Source: Octopus vulgaris (taxonomy: Eukaryota). From it: a DNA stretch of 64,000 nt. The notes under the pieces were generated by a model, which worked only from the letters and a program-made list of their open reading frames with translations, did not search any database and had not been told where the DNA came from. This document shows positions 56,511-64,000 of the stretch, piece after piece (within the stretch, counting starts at the first letter, position 1; each line of letters begins with the position of its first letter). The stretch covers positions 10,230,001 through 10,294,000 of the forward strand of contig OX597832.1 in the NCBI GenBank assembly GCA_951406725.2, written 5' to 3'. Made by a program: the position numbers and the translations under genes.

Positions 56511-58641
56511 TTATATATATGAGTGCGAGAATCTTAGTAGTAAGGTCTTTGTATGTGTATGCGTATTTATATATGTGTGTGTGTATATACGTATATCTTT
56601 AAGTTTTGCCATCTTAATCTATATAGCAATGTTGAATTTTGAAATTAAGTTTTTAGTGAATTAATCCGGGAAGTTAAACCCTTTAATGCATATTCTTGTA
56701 GTAAAATACATCATTATATTAGCAATTTGATATCAACTACAAATTATAAATGAGATGTCTTTATTATACTAAGTGATATGTATACAAACGTTCATTTAAT
56801 CTATTTATTAATTGATGATTATTATATTAAAATTGATGGTAATAATAAATAGATTTAACTTACTATCAATTTCGCAACATTATCTTAATCATAGCACATC
56901 CTCTAGAATCGATGATAATTTTAGTAAATCAAGAATTTATGTTGTTGATCAAATTTGGGAAGCTGGTCAATTTCAGTTATATCATCTTAGTCTATTTAAT
57001 TATGCAAATTAAATGTTTTCTACTCGCTTTTAGTATGAATCAAAATCCTTTGGCTACTAGAGATACTGTAACCGCTTTTGCTCATTACGGCTTTGAGCCC
57101 AAAACACGTGCCCTCGACTTAGCTATATATATTAAGCCTGTCCTTTTCCATAATGACATATTATTTTAAAAGGATATTTAAATAACGAGTGGATCTCTCA
57201 TTTTGAAATAGAGTTTATCTTAATTGTCATTTGGTAATCATATCATAGCAAGAGATGAAGAAATTTTGACAAATATACACCATATGTTGCAGGTTATATG
57301 GTATACTTGTATTTCTTAATGTTATGTATATTGAAATCATTCCTCTCTCTCTTTTGTTAATAACGATGTCCAAGCATTCACTAGTTTATATACTGTGGAA
57401 AAAAACATCATTGCATTAATGTAAAGACAACTAAGTATTTTATTTTTTAGACTAGAATATTCTTCCAATACTCGAGTGATACAGGAGAAGTAAGAATAAA
57501 TAAATAAATATATATATATATATACACATATATTTCGATGCCTGCATATTAGTGAGTTTATGACTCTCACTATTAGCGTGTTCTAATTCAAATATTAAGC
57601 ATACAAACACACGCACACATATAGCAATATACTTCAGAAACTTAGCAAAAACTATTATAATTCGAATAACAGAAAAATATTGTTTCCTATAAACAAAAGA
57701 TAAAGTTGCTAATACAACATTTATTAGTTGGCTAGAGCATTTCTGGGAAGATTGTTTTCATTTTCTTATATATGATTTACCTGAGATGGAAATCATTACA
57801 TGTGATGTACATATACTCAAACATATTATAGATTTATGCAACGACGATATTTTGTTATGAATATATATTTCAGTAGCACCAAGAACGGTACTAAATAACG
57901 CCTAATACCTAACGGAAGAACATGAATTATAAAATACAATTTTCTGAGAGACAATTCTTCGGTGAAAATACGAACTGAACTACAACTCCGAATGCAGAAG
58001 TAACAAGTAATAGTGATTCTTGCTTTACTGTCACTTCAATCTCTTTCAAATTATTATGTATGAGGAAAGAACAGAAGGAAATTGTAAATCCTAAACAAAG
58101 ACGAAATTATATAACTTTGGAGAGAACACAAGATCAGAGAGAAAAGTCTTGGTTTCAAACACAACAGTGATATTCCATGGTTGGATACACATGCGCTTTG
58201 TGAGAAGAAAGTCTTTGATAGTAACAACAGTAAAGGTGTTGGCGTTATTGGCAATGCTAATGACGTCGAAGATGAAAGCTTGTTGTGTAAAAGAGAATTG
58301 TGAGTTACCAAAATAGGAGAATAGAGTAAGATACATTAGAATTAATGAAACTTGGCTGAGCGTCTAATGAACATTGAAGAACAAATAACGACATTATCAA
58401 GGGAATATTTAACAGCAATATTAACAGCTTAGCAACAGACATTACCAAAATAATACGATCTCATTTAAAATATCTTTTTTTATTTCAGAAATATCTCAAT
58501 AAATTCCAAGACATTCATTCAAAAGTTGTTCGCTGCCTAATATGTGTGTGTGTGTATGTGGCTGTCGGTGCGTGTGTGTGGCTGTCCGTGTGTGTGTGAG
58601 TGTATGTCTCTTAGTGTTATATATTTGTGTACGTGTGTGTA

Positions 58642-59008
58642 TGGAGGCGCAATGATTCAGTGGTTATGACAGCGGACTCACGGTCGTAGGATCACCGTTT
58701 CGATTCCCAGATCGGGCTTTGTGAGTGTATATTAAGCGAAAAACACCTAAAGCTCCACGACGCTCCAGCAGCGGGTGGTGGCGAACCCTGCTGTAATCTG
58801 TCAACACAACTTTCTTATACACTTCATGTTTTTGCTGTACCTATATTTCAAACGGCTAGCCTTGTCACACTCTCAACCTCCCCCGAGAACTACATTAAGG
58901 ATACACGAGTCTGAGGAATGCTCAGCCACTTGCACGTTAATTTCAGGAGCAGTCTGTTCCGTTGATCGGATCAACTGGAACCCTCGTCGCGCAACCGACG
59001 GAGTGACA
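58642..59008 (+). mobile_element. tRNA-derived SINE, family A
   Basis: Collinear with the reverse complement of 6785-7166. Confidence 0.85.
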
Positions 59009-60720
59009 CTGATATGTGGATGTGTATATGTGTGTGGGTTAGGAGTGCGCGTATGTCTATGCGCGTGTAAGCCCTTATACACACTCAGATAGGAGGCTGG
59101 TTTTATATATAAGGCATGTGTAGAAAGGATGCAGTAATATATTCCACTACGTTTCAGTAAGTTAATGTTCATGTGTTAGAGTATAATATTGCTGAAATAT
59201 TGTTTTGAATACGTAGATTTAATATTGCTAAGATTGAGCGATGCACTGTTATGAATATCATAGAAATGTTTACGTAACATATGCCCGCGCATATATTGAT
59301 ATTTTACATATTTATCAATGTTGTATATATACAAGGATACTCACACTCACCAGCACACAAGCACATAATTATATAAAATCTCTGTATTTTTACAGAACAG
59401 TGAAGTTATCGTATTAGTTGTGCTTCATCGTACGATTTGGACATCGTACATTTACTGCTGCAAAATGACAGCGAGAAAACAAATAAACGAAAGACGGGTG
59501 GGATTTACATACTCTGGGCTTAGGTAACGCACTGCAAATAATGGGGAAGATGAGACAACAGGAACTTACACAAACTGACAGGAAGGGTAGGAACAAGAAA
59601 CAGAGAGAAGAAGGAGAAGGAAGAAAGGGAAATAAAACGTAGAAGGGAAGGGCACGAGGATAATATGTAGGGGAAATAAAGTAGGTGAGTTGGCAACTGA
59701 AAAATGAGAATGGTGTTACTAAATTAGAAGAGGTGCATAATTATACAGAAAATATTTTCCTTATTATGCTGAAGCTTTATTGCTAATCCTATTGCCTACA
59801 AGCGATTCTTACACATTTGACAAATGTTGTGTCGTATTGAAACCCCTCTATATATTCCTACTGAAAAGCTTGTAATTTTCAGGTGAAACAAGTCTAGTAT
59901 AGTAAGCCAGCTTCTCCTAAGGGACGGTTATCTTCACTATCAGTATATGGAAACCTGTATCTTGCAGTTCTAAGGCTTTATAACACATATTTCCAGCAAT
60001 ATAGGTGTTACTCATCACCCTCTATCACAATTACCGACAAATTCATTTACAATCACATACATAATTTTATATGATTAGGCTTCAAAGAATTCTTTCATTT
60101 ACACCCATCCCACAGATGATATCAAACGTATCTTTCGTACTTTCGAATTATTTAAATCTTTTATGTATCATTTCAACATCAAATGCCATTGTCTCCGTGA
60201 AAAGGCCAAATCACTGAATGAACATATTGTAATGTGACCAACAGTATGTGCTGGTATATTTCTCCCAAGAGAAACACCTACTTTTCATTGGGAAAAAGGA
60301 TTATTTTGTGGGAAATACGAATTTAATATGTTACATCATGCATCTCTTCATAGGCATGGCAACTTTTGTTAAATTTATGAATAGAAAAAGCGCGCCATAT
60401 ACATCGCTATAAGCGGTGTGTCATTTCTTTTTTGTCAATAAAACTTGCATGTTCTCTCAAGTTAAAGGTATTACATATGAATTTTATTAATGTTCCAAAT
60501 AAGAAAAGGGAATATTTCAAATCAAAGGAAATATTTTTGGCTTGCAGTTTGAGAGGTGGGTAAGTTTGTAACCTAAGGATATGTAGGTATGTTTGTCTTG
60601 GGTTCCTAGTGTCACATTTATTGCACTATTCGTTCGATCCATACAAGTTAGTGCATTTGGTCATTTTTCCCCAGTGACCTACAAGGTGAGAAAATATCAG
60701 AACAAATGAGCAGCAAATTT

Positions 60721-60780
60721 TGGTAACCACAGAAACATGCTTAAGTAGATGTGGTAACCACAGAAACATGCTTAAGTAGA
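60721..60780. repeat. Tandem duplication, 31-bp period
   Basis: tggtaaccacagaaacatgcttaagtaga occurs twice. Confidence 0.95.
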
Positions 60781-60929
60781 AATAAAAATAGAAGTAGAAG
60801 CAACAGTTGTATGAGCAGCAATAGTAGCAGTAGCAGTTACAGCAGCATTTGCTGCAGCACTAGTTTGTATTGGTGATGGTGGTGGTTGCACTAGTTGTGC
60901 AAGTAGACAAAGAGATAAGATAGGCTTCA

Positions 60930-61300
60930 TATGTTGGAACAAGGCAAGGCATTTCGGGAGAGGCTGTTATTCAATTATATCAACCCCAGTGTTCAACTGA
61001 TCTTAATTTATCGACCACCAAAAAATGAATAGCAAACACAACTTCGGCGGAATTCGAACTCAGAACAGCGAAATACCACTAAGCATGTTGCCGGTGTGTT
61101 AACGATGCGGCCACTAGTCGTAAAGTTTGCGCGCTGGCGAAATGTTCAGCAGTATTTCTTCCCTCTCTCTGCACGTTCTGAACTCAAATTCCGCAGTGGT
61201 CACCTTTGCCTTTCATCCTTTCGGGTTTGATTAAACGAATACCAGTTGAGTACGGATGTCGATATAATCGAATTACCCCCTCACACGAAATTGCTGGCCT
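60930..61300. mobile_element. Two family B SINE copies in head-to-head orientation
   Basis: Minus copy about 60930-61115; plus copy about 61130-61300. Confidence 0.7.
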
Positions 61301-61728
61301 GCTAGTCGGAGTCACTCTGTTCTAAATGCATTAGATGTTGTGGTATTTGCCGCTTTCGTCCGTCAGCATTGACTTCACCAGCATCTATATGGTATCGGAA
61401 GAAGTCTAAGACTGCTGCTTTGAATAAATGTGATGCTTACAATGTGAATGTAAGCATCCAGATCAAACATACTTCCAATTCTCGGATCCTCTAATTCAAA
61501 GTCTAAATTCAATCAACATTTACTCATAGTAGCCCCGATTTAGCTGTTATCCTCTTGCTCACTTGATCCCACCTTTTAAATTATAGTTTCAAGTAAAGGC
61601 GTTTTTTATATGAGAAAGATCTGATTCATTACAGGCATTTCAATAAATATGCTCGATGCCACCTAACATAATTTTAAATGAAACATTCGCTGAAATTATT
61701 TTCCATGTTTTTACTTTTTACTTTTTAC

Positions 61729-61805
<77 letters not shown>

Positions 61806-62619
61806 GTGTGTGTTTGTATATGGAGATAGATAGATAGATAGATATAGATATAGATATATATATTAGAATAAAATTTCAAACTTATGAAATAACCTATGTG
61901 TGACTTTTACATTAATTTCATTTGGAATATTAATCACCGGATTAAAAACTACCAAAAGCTTAGAAGGATATGTTATCCGCATTCAATGGAATCTGATATC
62001 TAAACGATGCTTTCTTCTTTTCAATACGAAATATAAACATCTGAAATTATATATTAATATATATATTAAATCTATATAGTGTATATTTTCAATGAGCATT
62101 TGCTCTTTTAAAGCACTAAAACGTTTTCTTATACATATTTTACTGGTTCCAATGCACTGAACACTTTTTCATTTTTTCATATTACGAATCTTGTTATACA
62201 AAGATGTCTATTGAATTTGCTGTGCGTTTTAGATAAATCTCTTTTACTCAGATTATTTTGTGTATTCATATTCGAAATTATAAGCCTTTCATCTATTCAT
62301 GTTCTTTGATGCTTAGTAAAAATCCTATTTCAATATATCAGCATGTTCTTAAAGTCTGCATCAGTATTCACTATTTACATCACATAATTCCTCAGACGCA
62401 TTATTATGTAACATAAATGTGTTCCACCATGACAATGAATATTGGAAATAAAGGAGGCTAATTTATATTAATTTATATATGTCTATATCTTAGAATACTC
62501 CAACCGTTACGATGTTATATTTCTACACACAAACACACACACACGCATGTGGGTATGTATGTAAATTTAGAAAATATCTAGGACCAGTACATTATATATA
62601 TCAGGATTTCAGGTTCCAT

Positions 62620-63498
62620 TAAAACGTTCATCTTTCTCAGAATTTCTATTCTCATGTACGCCATACTGTTTCAGAAATCGGTCTTACTCTTCGAGGGCTG
62701 CTGTGGAAACTACATATGCCGGAACAATACTAACAACAATGCTTCCCACAGAAATTAAACTCTCGACGACATTGCAATATTGGTTTTCTTGTAATGAAGT
62801 TTAGTTTCCCAATTAAATTGCTCCGGTTTTCTTACAGCAGATAGGAATAGCTGGCATGTATCTTATTTCATAGTTCTTCATATAATGAACATTACGAAGA
62901 GGTAATTGGAAGGATAATTATATGGTCCCGCTAGTATATATGTTTTTGGTTGTATTTGTCTCAATACTGGGATCAGAAAAAATTATGAGCACACCGACTT
63001 AAAGTGACGGTTCATTATTAATACCGGAATCGATCCTCATTTGACTCCAATGATAGTCATACATCGAGAAACTAATACCCATGTTAAAGAACTGTTAGCA
63101 GAATTTTGTACCATTATTCTAGTAAAATCGACATGAGCTCTTTTATTTCAGAATGCAGATTCACAATGCTGATACACATGCAGATCCAGAATGTTCGCTG
63201 AATTTTCGATCATATTGCAATCCTGCGATTGGAGGAGGGTAAAATAATCTCTTTTGATAAGTATGTACAAATATCGGCGAATCTTCCCTCAGTATTTACG
63301 TTTCATTAAACAAAACAATTTGCCGAGAGGGATGGGCATCATGTCCAGATAATAGCTGGTGTTAACTCGGGAGCAAATGTCAAAGATAATTCCGAGATGT
63401 GTCTGACGAAATCAAAAAGCAAACTTTCTGAACTGATCGCTGGCGACAAACGCATTGCTACTGACAAAATAAAGACAAATATAAAGAATGAAAGGTGA
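62620..63498 (+). pseudogene. Possible decayed single-pass receptor (signal-like, Cys-containing, TM, SEFIR/TIR-like)
   Basis: Hand translation across frames: ISILMYAILF..GCCGNYIC; VPLVYMFLVVFVSILG; IVIHRETNTHVKELLAEF; FDHIAILRL..KIISFDKY..LPSVF; many stops and frameshifts. Confidence 0.2.
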
Positions 63499-64000
63499 AA
63501 AGTTTAATATGACACATAACCCAACATTTCATTGGCGAGGCATACTATTATCTGTCATTAAAGTATTCAGGAAAATGTCTCAAGTTTCATCGTTATATCA
63601 GCAATGACAGAAATGCTAAACGTGATTTATTTATTCTTGATAATAACACTCTGATACAGGGCCTTCAAGAGAAATTTAGCAAGGTGGTACAACACCATGT
63701 CGCTGCCTTGAGGTAGACACCGATTTTTCCCAACATTGAAAATGTGATGTCTAGTAAACCGACATGTAAACTCTCGTGAATGCTTTATTTCCATGATCAG
63801 ATATAACATAATATAAAACAAAAACATTTTTTCAGTTAATGCAGCTGCATAAATCAATATTTGCAGTTGAATTCACCGATCACCCTTTCGGACATTTCAT
63901 AGGTAAATGCGTTTTAAAAAGTGAAAAAAAAATTAGCATTTAACTAGAGTACTAATTTGTGGAGGAGCGTGGCTTAGTGCTTAAGGTGTCAGCACCATGA

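Noticed and set aside
57170-58460. TRP-channel-like snippets (EWISHFE, LAERLMNIEEQI)
   Set aside because: Short motifs in different frames with many stops; not diagnostic
63200-63300. Trypsin-like DHIAILRLEE..FDKYVQ
   Set aside because: No catalytic His or Ser motifs at the expected spacing

Overview
AT-rich, microsatellite-dense animal DNA. The SINE repertoire and (TA)n/(CA)n load suggest octopus or another coleoid cephalopod (inference). No intact host gene can be supported, and most ORF-track entries are microsatellite read-throughs. The window is mainly transposable elements: a young 5'-truncated R4/Dong LINE in a (TAA)n tract, a 5'-truncated RTE LINE, five Penelope-like (PLE) RT/GIY-YIG relics, two Chapaev3-like transposase relics, a non-autonomous Helitron, a mariner-type MITE and many tRNA-derived SINEs. 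The main discovery is a set of non-coding, (TA)n-embedded repeats carrying type I hammerhead ribozymes (retrozyme / PLE pseudo-LTR-like). They include a 481-nt tandem-plus-inverted unit with three copies of a hammerhead that has a very long G-U-rich stem II (39946-41510), a 352-nt unit with a canonical hammerhead (27921-28327), and several degenerate motifs. Six inverted structures share one 5'-to-5' polarity, which suggests a common twin-priming insertion mechanism. Two weak, decayed Cys-rich + TM + SEFIR-like reading frames lie near the window ends.
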